Of a stretch of DNA of 64,000 nt, positions 1-13,357 are shown one piece after another. A model generated the notes under the pieces. That model saw only the letters and a list, made by a program, of their open reading frames with translations. It did not search any database and had not been told where the DNA came from. The position numbers and the translations under genes are program-made. The stretch comes from Octopus sinensis (taxonomy: Eukaryota): positions 56,978,001 to 57,042,000 of the forward strand of contig NC_043008.1 in NCBI RefSeq assembly GCF_006345805.1, read 5' to 3'. Within the stretch, counting starts at the first letter, position 1. Every line of letters begins with the position of its first letter.

Positions 1-282
1 TTGAGGGATATTAGTATCTAATAAGATACGATTGTTATGTAGTTAGGTCGGTTGTGTTATTGTAATATATATACCAAAGATATATTACTATTTATAAATA
101 GTAAGATATATGAGATGTATATGTTTGTTTTATATTTGTGATAAATCGCTGTAAACAATACTGCTGAGATACGCCATTCATGTGTGTCTGGGTGTAGTAT
201 ATCAACAATATATTTGTGTGTGTGGATTGCATGTGCATGTGTATGAAGTATGCATATGTATATATATATATATAGAGAGAGA

Positions 283-285
283 GAG

Positions 286-342
<57 letters not shown>

Positions 343-422
343 TACACATATATGTATATACTTACAGATATGCATATATACGTATAGATATATATATACA
401 TATACAGACACTCAGACACACA

Positions 423-505
<83 letters not shown>
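283..505. repeat. Compound microsatellite (GA)n/(GATA)n/(CA)n/(TA)n
   Basis: Runs read directly from the sequence; they generate the YLSI/CVCV-type ORFs. Confidence 0.95.
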
Positions 506-507
<2 letters not shown>

Positions 508-562
508 TCATATACATATAAATATCTATATACGTATAGTTTTTTTCTACTGTTTGCACAAG

Positions 563-753
563 GCTAGAAATTTGGGGAAGGGGACTCGTCGATTTCATCG
601 ACACCAGTGTTTCACTGGCACTTAATTTATCGTCCCTGAAAGGATAGAAGATAAAGTCGATCTCGGCGGATTTCGAACTCAGAACGTTGAAACAGACGAA
701 TTACTGCTAACCATCTCGCCTGGCGTGCTAACAATTCAGCCAGCTCGCCGCCT
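563..753 (-). mobile_element. tRNA-derived SINE, family A (Meta-domain-like), diverged copy
   Basis: Minus strand begins ggcggcgagctggctgaattgttagcacgccaggcg, has B-box-like gagttcgaaatcc, then the central gatcgactttatcttctatcctttcagggacgataaattaagtgccag motif shared with the other copies. Confidence 0.85.
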
Positions 754-1549
754 TATTTCTATACGTATAGACATACACACACAGGCATCCACATATATAT
801 ATCCTTACTATTCATCTCTGGTCATTTCCGATATATATAATTGTCATGTAGATTGAGAAGATATTCTATTGTTACATATAATGTGAGATATTTATTTATT
901 ATGTATATAGGGGCGACGCAGCATTCTTATGTATCTGGGTGAGATATATATCATTATTACTTCATAATAAATCGTTCCCGATAGTTGGAATTCAATATTC
1001 AGTAGTGACTATATTATACATATTTAACTGTGCAAAACACATTGTTGAATATATGGAAATGACGCCAAGAGATCTGCATCTTCCTTTCTTAATTTATGTA
1101 TTCTTCCGACATAATCCCAATACTTTAGAGATTTAGAACTTCGAACTTATTCGTAGATATATTCTAATCTATTCTAATGCATTCCTGTTTATTTCAGTAA
1201 CAATGTATCAGTTGGCGACTGTCAGTTTGGCATCACCAATGGTAATTTATAAACGTAGATATAAACGACACTTTGTCGCACAAAATTACAAATATACTCA
1301 CATGCACGCATACACATACACACACACATATACACACACAGAACTTGTTTTCCCTCTCCATCTCGCTTTCACTCTTTCTGTCTTTCTCTCACTTATACAT
1401 AGCCATACATACTTATGTACATAACAGTTATAATTGTGTGAATATGAAAGCGCTGCACATATTGAATTCTTTATCTATATCTAACTAATTTTCACTATAG
1501 ATATATAGATACATACGTACATGCATACATTCATACATACATACATACA

Positions 1550-1580
<31 letters not shown>

Positions 1581-1659
1581 GAGAGAGAAGGAGATGGCTG
1601 GATGGATTAATGGAACCAAACGAAGTAATGTTATTACCTATACAATCTTACATTCACAT

Positions 1660-1665
1660 ATTCTT

Positions 1666-1758
<93 letters not shown>
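1660..1758. repeat. (TTC)n(TTA)n microsatellite at the 3' end of an RLE LINE
   Basis: Direct trinucleotide runs; reads (TAA)n on the minus strand immediately after the LINE 3' UTR. Confidence 0.95.
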
Positions 1759-1760
1759 TC

Positions 1761-2225
1761 GTAACACAGTGTAGGTAAAAATGCACCGGAGACTTTAGTC
1801 TTCCGTCAAGACATAACAAGGACCTCAGACAGATAATACTTTCCTTAAGATGTGCACTCTGCCCAATAAGGCTGTTTTTTACAAGACATCAGTCTTGCAC
1901 GCGATTTTCAGTTGCCTTAAGAAGTTTTGAAGTTTCAGTGAGACTGAGCCCAACGCTCTGATCACCACTGGTATCACTTTTACATTACCCTCTCGAATTC
2001 CATATAGTCTTGCTATTTCCACTTTCAATTCGAAGTACTTGGTGGCTTTTTCAACCTCTTTACTTACAACATTCATGTCATTTGCTATGGCTACATAATG
2101 CTGACTGTATTTGTCTCTCTTATTCAATATCACAATATTCAGCAGACGGTGTTCGATTACAAGATCCGTCTGAAAATCATTGCCTGTCTTTGCACAGTTT
2201 CTAACGCTGGAGACGTACTATGGTA
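1761..2225 (-). mobile_element. 5'-truncated non-LTR retrotransposon, restriction-like endonuclease (RLE) C-terminus, R4/Dong-like
   Basis: Minus translation across frameshifts gives DFQTDLVIEHRLLNIVILNKRD...VAIANDMNVVSKEVEKATKYFELKVEIARLYG...VIPVVIRALG...KTALLGRVHILRKVLS. This matches the RLE pattern PDI..D....EK..KY..L..VIPVV.GALG..LLG...ILRKVL. A short 3' UTR and (TAA)n follow. Confidence 0.85.
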
Positions 2226-2659
2226 TCAGCTGTGTTTGTATGTGTGTGTGTGGTGTGTCATAAAACAGAGGAGAAAATGTTCTGAGAACCTTGTAATAAA
2301 TAAATGTTTAGACATTTATCAACATATGATACCGGTTTCAATGTTTTCAATGGCTAAACTATCTAGTCATGTAATTGGAGAAGACATACAAAAGTTATAT
2401 TCATCATATGAAATTTGTGCGAAAAACATGAAAGCTTTTGAAAACTGTACTAATGAAGAATCAGTTTTAATTCCATTTATTTTCTACATTTTTATTGCCA
2501 AAATTAAAGTGCCTTACACACTTGCGAACGGTGCCTGTGTATGCTACATCTTTGTTATATATTTGTGTGTAATATAACATTTGTGTGTAATATGTATCGA
2601 GGTGAGAATTATCATTGTTATGTAGTTAGGTTTTCTTGTATCACATTCGTGATTTGTTG

Positions 2660-3085
2660 GATTTCTCAGTTTGTTTAAGATCCTTTTAGATCTGACAGAG
2701 TGATTTTCTTTTGCTTTTTCTAACAAACAAACCTTTCTTCATCATATGAGATTTACATCTGATGTCTTCCTGGACAACATTTCTGACTGTTCCTTCTGAT
2801 ACATAGAGATTTTTGCAATTGACTTAATGGGATTTCTGGGATTGTAATCAATGGTCTATTGAACTTGCTGGATTAATTCGGGTGTTCTGATGATTTCAGA
2901 GTGTTTACAATGCCTTTTATGCTTTGATACTTGTGATACGCTTCCATCTTCTGTCTCTAGCTCCTTACAAACTTTGTAGACGGAAGATCTGGCAACTTTT
3001 TAAATTCAAGGTATTTTTAAATCGCTATGCTCGGCCTTTATAACCAAAATAGCTGCATGCCTCTTTATTTCTTGAGTAAGCCATT
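2660..3085 (-). mobile_element. Decayed Tc1/mariner transposase N-terminus, maT/DD37D (Bmmar1)-like
   Basis: Minus translation: KRHAAILVIKAEHSDL...VARSSVYKVCKEL...RTPELIQQVQ...EGTVRNVVQEDIRCKSHMMKKG...RSKRILNKLRNP, an HTH-region pattern with stops and frameshifts. The catalytic domain is absent, so the family call is by resemblance. Confidence 0.6.
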
Positions 3086-3240
3086 CTTAAACGAAGATTA
3101 TACAGATGTAGCAAAAACTGCAGCAATGACCCCAAAAATGTATGTTCTCAAATACCTTACGCACACTATATATATGTATATATATGCGTATATATATATA
3201 TAGATATATATGTGTGTGTGTGTGTGTATATATATGCGTG

Positions 3241-3277
<37 letters not shown>

Positions 3278-3283
3278 AGTATA

Positions 3284-3628
3284 GTGACGTATATTTGCCA
3301 TTTAAATATGGCTAACCCCTTGGGTGGATGCTACTGTAGTTTGTAGCCTCAGGAGTACACCTCCTCCAGCTGGCTTTAGACACACATTCTGTGCCCTATC
3401 AGTGTTTGCAAAGGGAAGCCATCCTTCCTGTCTTCAACTTATGATACACACGGCTTCCCTTTACAAACACTGATAGGGCACAGAAAGTGTGTCTAAAGCC
3501 AGCTGGAGGAGGTGTCCTCCTGGGGCTACAAACTACAGTAGCATCCACCCTTAGGGGTTAGCCATATTTAAATGGCAAATATACGTCACGGTGTGTTGCA
3601 GCTACTGTTTATAACTCGCTCTAAGATT

Positions 3629-3632
<4 letters not shown>
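3284..3632. mobile_element. Palindromic insertion in (TA)n (about 137-bp inverted arms, 31-bp spacer), probable inverted PLE pseudo-LTR
   Basis: 3284-3420 is the reverse complement of 3452-3589 with about 5-6 differences. It is flanked by (TA)n on both sides, with AATAAA on the minus strand at the right end. Confidence 0.7.
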
Positions 3633-3708
<76 letters not shown>

Positions 3709-4337
3709 GACGTATATATGTATGTATGCTTCTTATATGTGAGAATATGTGTGTATGTGTGTGTGTGTTGCTCATTTGTTCAGTTAAAAGCCCATATAAT
3801 AATTAGTAATGGTAACTTTTGTCGCGTTGTTCTGATGCGTTTAAATGTAATCGAGTAAGGCATATTAATGGATCGGATTTATAGCGATAAGAATCCGAAT
3901 TTTAGTTTCACCACACAAATGTCTGTTTAATGGTCAAGAACCGTACATTTCTGGTTTTGTTACTATTTCATTTATCATTGAAATTTCTGAAAACTAATTA
4001 ACTTGGATGGCAATCATCAAAATGCATGCCTTCCAGCATTTAGTTTCGTATTTATATTTCGCCAGAATTAGCTTTCGTTTTAACAGAATTTACGTCGGTA
4101 AACATTTTTTAAGCTGCAAACGGCTTAGGCTTTCAAAATCGGATTAGTATTTGTCACATACAGTCTATAGACAAAGGTATACTTTGTGGATATTGTATTC
4201 TTATATATTCGATCCCAGTAGTAAATCTTTACGTTTGCTATGTTCTATCCGTACCTTTTGACGACTCACCATGTTAAATACACGTAAACATATCAGCACT
4301 GGTTGCCAAACTGCGGGGGAAAACCACAAACGAAAGG

Positions 4338-4427
<90 letters not shown>

Positions 4428-4440
4428 AGACGTGGATCTA

Positions 4441-4604
4441 CGTGGCTGTGTGATTAAGAAGTTTGTTTCCCAATTACATGATTCCAGATTCAGTTCCACA
4501 GCGTGTCACCTTTGACAAGTGTCTTCTACGACAATCCTCCGCGGGGGAAGCTTTGTGAGTGGATTTGGTAAGCGGAAACAGAAAGAATCCCGTCCTATAT
4601 ATAG

Positions 4605-4637
<33 letters not shown>

Positions 4638-4642
4638 CGCAT

Positions 4643-4673
<31 letters not shown>

Positions 4674-5065
4674 GTATGTATGTCATTGTTCAGGTTGATG
4701 GATTGAATCTCTAGTCTTCGAATCAGTTTTCTCCCGTCAGGTTTTCAGAAGCCTAATTTCTCAAGATTGACATTTAGGCAGTGTGTTACATATCCCAGAG
4801 CCCCAACTATTGCATGGATAAACCTGAAGTTGTAATCTGGATAGCGTAACTGTAGACTTCAGCGTAGGTATTTTCTTCTTCACTGATCTTCAGCTTTATG
4901 TTAACATCAGCTGGACAGCTAACTTCCACAACCGTACACAATTTCTCTTCTCTATCCCAAATCATTATATCAGATCTGTTCTGTACTGGGGTCGATTCGT
5001 TCGATTAAAATTCTTCAAGACCATGCTCCAGCATGGCCGCAATCTGATTGAAATAAATAAAAGAT
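4441..5065 (+). mobile_element. SINE family B (CORE-like, internal microsatellite) split by a LINE fragment
   Basis: 5' half (gtggctgtgtgattaagaag...tttgacaagtgtcttctac...gaaagaatcccgtc) at 4441-4594; 3' tail (tactggggtcgattcg...gctccagcatggccgca...gaaataaataaaag) at 4984-5065. Confidence 0.7.
4690..4985 (-). mobile_element. RLE-domain LINE fragment (CRE/R4-like), second family
   Basis: Minus translation: NRSDIMIWDREEKLCTVVEVSCPADVNIKLKISEEENTY...RYPDYNFRFIHAIVGALGYVTHCLNVNLEKLGF, a PD..E..(V)GALG RLE pattern. Confidence 0.8.
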
Positions 5066-6469
5066 AGAAGATATATGACAGATAGAAGATATACATCCAC
5101 AGTTCCGGCAACGATATTCACTCGTTTCTAGGCATTCGTCGGTCCGGCGCTACAGCAGAAGATACCTAACCTTCATGACGTGTAGATGGACAGAACCTGA
5201 AATCACGTGCTTGCATTTGAACTTTTCAACCACACAGCCAATACGTTGTGTATTCTATTTCTTCCTCAGTAAAAACCCACAAAGTAAGTCAGACTAGAAT
5301 TTGGGATTGCAACCTTTGCGGCTTTCCTGAGCATTTAAATATAATTAAGTAATCTATTTAATCGATAAGATTTAAAAGCCACGATATCTGGAATTTTGAC
5401 CCGAGTTACTTATACGTCAACATGAATAGCATCTTTAAGATTTAATTGCTGTTTAATATGTCGTTAAAATTTGTGAGTATTCGTTAACCTGGCTGACACT
5501 CACCTAACCTTTAGTTTCGTTTTTGTCCTTGACCACAACTACCTTCCTTTCTCACACATTTTATAAATACAGAACGTTTATTATGCTGAAATGGATTTAG
5601 ACTTTCAAATTGAGATTATAGCTTGTCACATACACAGATGCATTACTTATACATTAAGCATAATATTGCTAAATGTCAAAATAAAGGGAAACTCTATAAT
5701 TATATTTAGTGTTTCGAATTACGCATACATATGCAATAATAAAATATGTGTTGGAACTCTTAAAAATGTGAAAATCTCTTATTTGAATATATATAATATA
5801 AGATGGGTTATGAGCATTTTATAGAACACGTATCTAGAGAAACTCAACAAACAAATAAAGATGGAGAAGAAAAGATGTTAAAAGTTTTATAAAATTTTAA
5901 TCCATCCATACGATCTTTTAGAGCTGTAATATTAACATGTAAAAAGAATATGGAAAATATTAGCAATTAATTTGATTATAATTTTAATTAAATTAATTAC
6001 ATATTACCGTTCTCCTCTGTGTGAAAGAAGAATACATCAAAAAGAATACATCAGAAGAATATTAGATGGAGTGAGTGTCACACAACATATTCGGATATGT
6101 GCAATATGATTATGAAAGATGAAAGATATAAACATGCTTAGGTAGTGTTGAGTCTAGTTGTGTATGAGCTATAACTAATATATGCTCCATATATTAGTGA
6201 TTTCCATGGCAAGTAAAACCTCACAAAACAGGGTGGAATGTCTCTTTGTAATTGTAACCTTTATGGATTTGATGAAACGTTTAAATGTAATTGTTTAAGG
6301 CGTATCAGTGGATCGGATATAAAAGCCTAGATACTCCAGATTTTGATCTCAGAACAACAGATGACTATTTATTAGTTAACAAGAGAAGTATCCTTCTGAT
6401 TTTATTATTGTTTAATCTATCACTGAAATATACCATCAGCCATATACGCCTGTAATACTTAGAAGACAG

Positions 6470-6840
6470 CGAATGCCTATCAATGGCTGGGCTTCTTACT
6501 TCGACACTACATGTGTTCAGTCACGGGCATAGAGTGAAAAACAAAGAGATGATGAGGAGAGCAATGATGAGAAGTTTGAAGGAAAGGATAAATAAGCAGT
6601 GGATACGTTTTACTGGCCATGTGTTTCTATTACGCCAAAGAGTTATGCTACCACGTGATGGAGTGGAAACCGGAAAGATGAATAAGATCAACATGATAGC
6701 GATAGCAGTCGGCCTGAGTGGAACTATGAAAAAAGCGAGAAATAGGGTATTTTCAAAAAGCTCGGTATCCGTTATGCCAACAGCACTGGAAGATCTGAGA
6801 GCTAAGACAAAGCTAATGAACTGGGATCTTATTCATCAAA
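6470..6840 (+). mobile_element. Decayed RTE-clade LINE, RT C-terminal region
   Basis: ORF 6483-6887 contains RVKNKEMMRRA...LKERINKQWIRFTGHVFLL, resembling the RTE motif RV.N.E..RR....L...I..R.LRF.GHV.R. Confidence 0.55.
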
Positions 6841-6894
6841 TTACGTCTTACACATATGGTTTCCTTCTTATATTTGGCTGTTATTAGCTTCTAT

Positions 6895-7302
6895 TCTTTT
6901 ATTCTTTTATTTGTTGCATTCATTTGACTGTGGCCATGCTGGATTACCGCCTTTAATCAAAGAAATCGACCCCGGGACTTATTATTTGTAAGCCTGATAT
7001 TTATCCTGTCGAGGACTTCTGCCGGACTGCTAAGTCACGAGAACATAAATGCACCAACATTGGTTGTCAAGCAATGGGGACGGGACAAGTACAGACACAA
7101 ACACACAGAGACAAACGCACACACGCACACACACATATTATACCACGGGCTTTTTTTCACTTTCCGTCTAGGAAATGCATTCACAAGGTTAGGTCGGTTC
7201 GAGGCAATAGTAGAAGACACTTGCCCAAGTTGCCATGCAGTGGGACTGAACACGAACCTTGTGGTTTAGAAGTAAACTTCTTATCACACAGCCACGCCTG
7301 CG
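6895..7302 (-). mobile_element. SINE family B, near full length
   Basis: tRNA-like head, cttgggcaagtgtcttctac core, internal (TG)n and ccagcatggccacagtcaaatg tail. Confidence 0.9.
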
Positions 7303-7699
7303 ACTATATCCAGTCTGTCTGGAGACACAATTTATGAAAGTAAACTTTTTATTACTCTGAAATCGGCTTAGTCTTTAAACGTAAGTCGTGTTTTGTACAG
7401 AGAAGGTAGAATGAAATGATGAGGGATTTGACATGTTGATTCGGGTTGCCACGCCTTTAATCCTGTTGTCACTATCAAACTCGATCTGTGATAAATTAAT
7501 GCTACGTATAAATCATCTCGATGTGATAATACGTACATGCTATCGCCCATTTGAAACCTAAAACCAGAACTGTAAATTTGGGGAAATCCTTATACATGTG
7601 GTGGTTACGAATGAATTTCTATATTTCTATTAGATAAAAGTTAATTCAGTAACTAAAAAACAACAACGACATGGCTTTACACCCAAACCTACTTATATA

Positions 7700-7700
7700 A

Positions 7701-7779
<79 letters not shown>

Positions 7780-7788
7780 TATAGAATC

Positions 7789-7842
<54 letters not shown>
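7700..7842. repeat. (GATA)n microsatellite
   Basis: Direct tetranucleotide run. Confidence 0.95.
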
Positions 7843-7894
7843 GCGCGTGCGTCTGTGTGTGTGTGTGTCTGTATGTGTTAGCTTCTAACTAATA

Positions 7895-8281
7895 CTCCTT
7901 ACTCCTTTCTTCTTTACTTGTTTCAGTCATGAGACTGTGGCCATGCTGGAGCACCGCATTTAATCGAGCAAATCGACCCCAGGACTTATTCTTTGTAATC
8001 CTAGAACTTATTCTATCGGTCTTTTATGCCGAACCGCCAAATTACGGGGGCGTAAATACACCAACATCGGTTGTCAGGCGATGTTGGGGAAACAAACACA
8101 GACACAGAAGCACACACACATATACGACGGGCTTCTTTCAGTTTCCGTCTACAAATCCACCCACAGGGCTTTGGCCGGCCCGATGCTATAGTAGAAGACA
8201 CTTGCCCAAGGTGCCACGCTGTGGGACTAAACCGGAACCATGTGGTTGGTAAGCAAGCCTTATCACACAGTCACTCCTGCT
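7895..8281 (-). mobile_element. SINE family B, full length
   Basis: Same head, core and tail as the 18476-18890 copy. Confidence 0.9.
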
Positions 8282-8969
8282 CCTATAATATATAAATAAT
8301 TATATAATATATATATATATATAATATATATATATAATATATATTATATATATACGAGGTCGTCATGTAAGTATGGTAGAATTGAAGCTAGGCAAATCGA
8401 GAGTCTGTCCTCACCTCGTATCATTATTGATGGTTCTCTCTAGGTTTGTTGTAACGTATTAAATATTTACCCACCAGATTTCCAACAACATTTATTATTG
8501 CGTGAACGTGAAGAATATCCTCATCTCGCATTCTAATTCTGGTGGTTTCTTATAATCTTGTTCTAAAACTTCGAAGACATTATTTGCCCAATATTTAAGC
8601 AAGAGTTTAAAATTGGTTGAAATAATTTATAAGCCGCTTATCCAAACTACATATGAACTGGTTCACATTATAATAAGAGGAAACGATGTAATTTAGTACA
8701 ACAAAAGTAGTAGAGTATGTATGCGTTCGGTAATCTTGTTAGAAACAGAGCTAAATTTCCCTCAAATCATATCGTCCTATCTCAAAAACAAAGGACATAG
8801 TGCATTGTAGATACAAAGATATAAATATATTGTGAGGATGACAACGGCAAGAATGGTTTTGGCGACTGATCTACGCAGCGTTTCAAAATATTAACGACGT
8901 AACAAGTTTTAAAAGTGTTATTTAAAAACTACTCGTTGGAATTCTTTGAAATTTCCAGTGAATGATGCC

Positions 8970-10629
8970 AACAGTTACATGCGCGTGGTGTGTAAAACAT
9001 GTGAGGTTTTGTGCAAGCGCAAACAAACCGTGGTTATTTGTATGATTTCCACGAACTTTCAGAGTACCAAATTATTAACGAGTGGTCTTATAAACATGTA
9101 ATTATGGATAGCAAATGTGACTTAACTGCTTAAGAGAAATCTGTTACTTCTGAACTTGCAGAAAGTAAATCAACATTAGAAATATCTAAAATGATTGTAA
9201 GATATCACCAATCTGGGAAAATATTTGTTACAATTCCTACAAAGCTACGTAGAGAGCCGACAAACGCTATTTCTCAACGGTCTCTGTCAGGAATTAAACG
9301 TGAAGTTGTAAGGAGCCCAAGTCTTACTACTGGAGAACTTTACAAGCGCATTGGCGAAACAACTGTGTCCAAACCTACCCGATGTCGTCCTTTAAGAAAG
9401 GTCGGTAAACAGATGGTATACGTTAAAACAAAATACACTTATAAAATCGTCTGATATTGGCAGAAGATAACATGAAGGTTAACATTACAAAAATTTTGTT
9501 TACGGACGAAACTCGTGCTACCCTTGACGGACCTGATGACTGGAGCAAGGGATGGGTTGTAAATGGAGGAGATCTTCAACGCTTTAGATGCCAACAAGGG
9601 GGATAAGGCACCATGAATTAGGTAGTTATCATTGGAGGTACTATGGTTGGTCCTTGGAAAGTTATTGACGGTGGTGTTAAAATATCCGTGGATGCTTATA
9701 TAATCTTTCTGAGGGAACACCTTGTAACTTGGTTATAAAATCAAAGGATCACCTTCAAGACAACTATAATATTCAAGCAAGATAATATGCCCTCGCACTC
9801 AGCGAAAAAACAACAGATTATCTGCAACAATCAATCTTCTTTAAACCTCGGAAGAAGAAGTGGCCTCCATGCTCCCCCGACATAAACCCAATAGAAATCT
9901 TGTGGAGTATTCTAAAGCGACGAGTTTACGGGAATGGACGCCAATATAGGAGCAAAGATGAACTGTGGAAGACAATATTAGATGCATCCCGTGGTATAAC
10001 ATCAGAGGAGACCCAGAAATTAGCATGTTCCATGGACCAGTGCCTTTTCCAAGTTATTTCCAACAAACGGTAATATATCCCTTACTAACCAGCCCACCTA
10101 TCATTTTTGAACGCTGTTTGTTTGTTTATTTCTACTTGTTCTGTGTTTATGTCTGTATGTGTTCATTTCAGTATGTACAACAAACAATTAAATTGGTATT
10201 TTCTTGTTTACATGAATTTTCATTACACCTCGCTAATAATTTGGAACAGTGACAGTTTACGTAAATTTGGTAAATGGCCATAGATTTTGTGCTGTTTTAC
10301 AGAACCTCATATTCTTCACACATCATTCGCATATAACGTTTGCCGTCATTCTGTGGAAATTTCGTTGAATTCCAACGAGTAATTTTTAAATAATTTTTTT
10401 TAAATATTACTTCGTTAATAGTTTGAAACAACGTGTAGTTCGTTTGTAGACGAAAAACGTTGTGTATGTTCCAACGTTTAAAAAAACTCAAACATGTGTA
10501 CAATGAATAATATTAAGATTGGGCACTTTAAGCCCAAACTAGGCATGCTTTGATAACAAACAATTAAAAACTAAGTCCTAAGGTATTTGAGGGTGTTACC
10601 GCTTTTACCTCACACCATATTAAACTGTA
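8970..10629 (+). mobile_element. Decayed Tc1-like DNA transposon with DD37E spacing (TRT-like); boundaries approximate
   Basis: Translation gives FTDETRATLDGPDDWSKGW...IFKQDNMPSHSAKK(frameshift)TTDYLQ...WPPCSPDINPIEILWSILKRRVY. There are 37 residues between D and E after correcting a 1-nt frameshift. The right end reads ...actg+TA at 10624-10629; the left TIR is only weakly matched. Confidence 0.75.
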
Positions 10630-10925
10630 ACAAATATAAAATAGCTAAAGCATGTGATTTAATACCACACAGCGATTATATATAATATAATATTATATAT
10701 ATATATCTATATATATATATATATACATGTATATATTTTATGGATATCTTACATACACACACATGTTTGGCATTTGTATACACACACCTACATATATCTA
10801 TGTATGTATACATATATAATTATATTACATATATACATATATATATGTGTGTGTGTGCGTATACAAATGTCATACATGTGTATGTATGTATATGTATATA
10901 TATTCTTATATGTATATATAAATAC

Positions 10926-10990
<65 letters not shown>

Positions 10991-11021
10991 ATATCTTCTT
11001 AATATGTATGTATATAAATTT

Positions 11022-11071
<50 letters not shown>

Positions 11072-12135
11072 ATACTTCTCCAGATCAACATAAATTCTCA
11101 CGATTTCTCGTTAGGCAAGATTTAGTAAAGATTTGAAGCATAATCCAGATTTCATGCGGCATTGCTGAGAGGGCGGAAAAATAAGATATACGTGTCAGGC
11201 AGGAAGGATTAATCCGGAAGGACAAGATAGCTGATTCATCAAAGAGATGGCCTTCATGTGATGTAACGTAGATCTTACTCTTACAGCTGAGCTTGCAGGG
11301 TTTTGTTTGATTCAGGATAGAATATCTTTAAATTCTGCTGCTTAGTGGATATACAAGCTATTTATGGATATATAGCGAGTATTATGATGAAATAATATCG
11401 GATTCTTTTATATATATCCAGCATACACAGATGCCTACGTACATGTATTTTTGCATATATATACCTACATACATACACGCAAGCACACACACAAACACAC
11501 ACACAGAAACGCGCATATATGTATATATATATAGTGAAGCTAATGCTAAGCCGAAATGAAAATAGTAATTCACGATTTTGCATTCAAAGTCAGTTAAATT
11601 GTAAACAAGTCTATCGATTTTTTTTTAAGAATACTGTTAGAATTTTTACTTTGCATAAACATTACATGTCTCGAAACTTTTATTAAAATAAACAACTCTA
11701 CAGACTGTTGCATGTGCTTGCTCATATATACATACATACACACTCACGTATAAATATATATACATTACATATCTACATATGTTCCCGACCACATGCAATA
11801 ATATATATATAGACATACATACACAACCATACATATATATATTTATGAATATGTGTGTGGGCGTGACGGAGAGGGATAGACATTATTTTTGATATTTTGA
11901 TAAAACTATTTCCAAGCATTTTGGCATGTATAGAGGAACTTATCGTAATCGTTTCTATCAAACTCAAAGATTTGGGCATCATATTGGCGCCACTTAAGGA
12001 GATAACAGGTTATATATGAATATAATTTTGAAATACATATATATGTTTATGCAAACATCTGTCTACGTATCTATCTATATATATAGAGAAAGAGGAGAGA
12101 GACGGAGAGACGGACAGAGAGAGAGACAGGGAAAC

Positions 12136-12172
<37 letters not shown>

Positions 12173-13233
12173 TATATATATATATCTAAAAAATTGTGCG
12201 TCCGTCTGTATATATATAAGTATATATACATATATGCATATTTATACATATTCATAAATACTCATCTATCTTTGCATATATTTGTGTGTGTGTGTAAATG
12301 TGTACATATATGTATGAATACATATTTTACCTGTTTGTGCGCGTGTGTGAGTCTCTGTGTTTATCCTCTCTCTCTCTCTCTCTCTCTCACTCACTCTCTT
12401 TCTCTATCTCTCTATATATGTACGCACAAATAGACATCCATATAGCCATGCATATGTACAAAACCACTCACATACTCACTCATGCATATAATATATATAT
12501 ATATACCAAGACAAACACATATTCAAACACGTGTGGAATATGAATCATAGAAAACCAAAGAAAACGACACTGGCTTTGAAGGAAAAACATTAAGAAAAAC
12601 AAACAGTATGAAATTAAAAGTAAAAAGCAAACCCTCAACAAACTATTTGAAAATTAAAGCAATTTATGCAAATATAAAATACACATATCTCACAATACGG
12701 AAGCAGACGACCCTTTACATGCAATGCTCATGTTCGCATTCCTTTATGGACCTATATCTTAGACCCTGCATTTGTTGTATAATTATTCAAATACTATTTA
12801 TCCCCTATATTATTCATTACATTTATTTTTCAATGAAATTCAATGATTGAAAACTGTGATTTAGGCGTCTAACAAATATTCAATTTTCAACGTGAATATT
12901 TAAAACTTTCGATCGTCTGTTCCGAATGGCTAATGGAAACTCTACACGCATAGGCATATTACTGTCATCGAGTATTTGGTGATATTATTCAGAATACTTG
13001 GGTGAATTCTCTTCAGAAATAACTTAACAAATGCATAATTTAGTCCTTGAAGTGTTAATAAATTTCTAATATAAAAATTGAAATATAACTAGATTATTAT
13101 GTTATTTTCATCTTACAAGGTACTATAGTCTCTTGAGCTCTTTGTATAGAAATGTATTGAAATGATATTGTATTACTATAACCCATCACGTCAACGCCAT
13201 TATGTTCGCAATAACTTACACACACATACACAC

Positions 13234-13334
<101 letters not shown>

Positions 13335-13357
13335 TATATATAATATATATATATATG

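Noticed and set aside
57-604. Long ORFs rich in YI/CV/YLSI/HT (here and at 10.7, 43.0, 47.9, 51.5, 52.5 and 55.7 kb)
   Set aside because: They are translations of dinucleotide and tetranucleotide microsatellites, which lack stop codons.
3465-3500. ctgatagggcacagaaagtgtgtc inside the 3.3-kb palindrome
   Set aside because: The core is CTGATAG rather than CTGANGA, and neither stem I nor stem III pairs.
7060-7337. Recurrent peptides such as EAIVEDTCPRCHAVGLN and GYSRRHLPKVPRSGTEP
   Set aside because: These are SINE family B read in different frames, not a gene family.
8353-8420. tacgaggt...acctcgta mini inverted ends
   Set aside because: Only 8 bp of complementarity, too short to call a MITE.
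11940-11995. Minus-strand atgatg...gaaacgattacg
   Set aside because: Core and cleavage triplet are both non-canonical, with no stem I.
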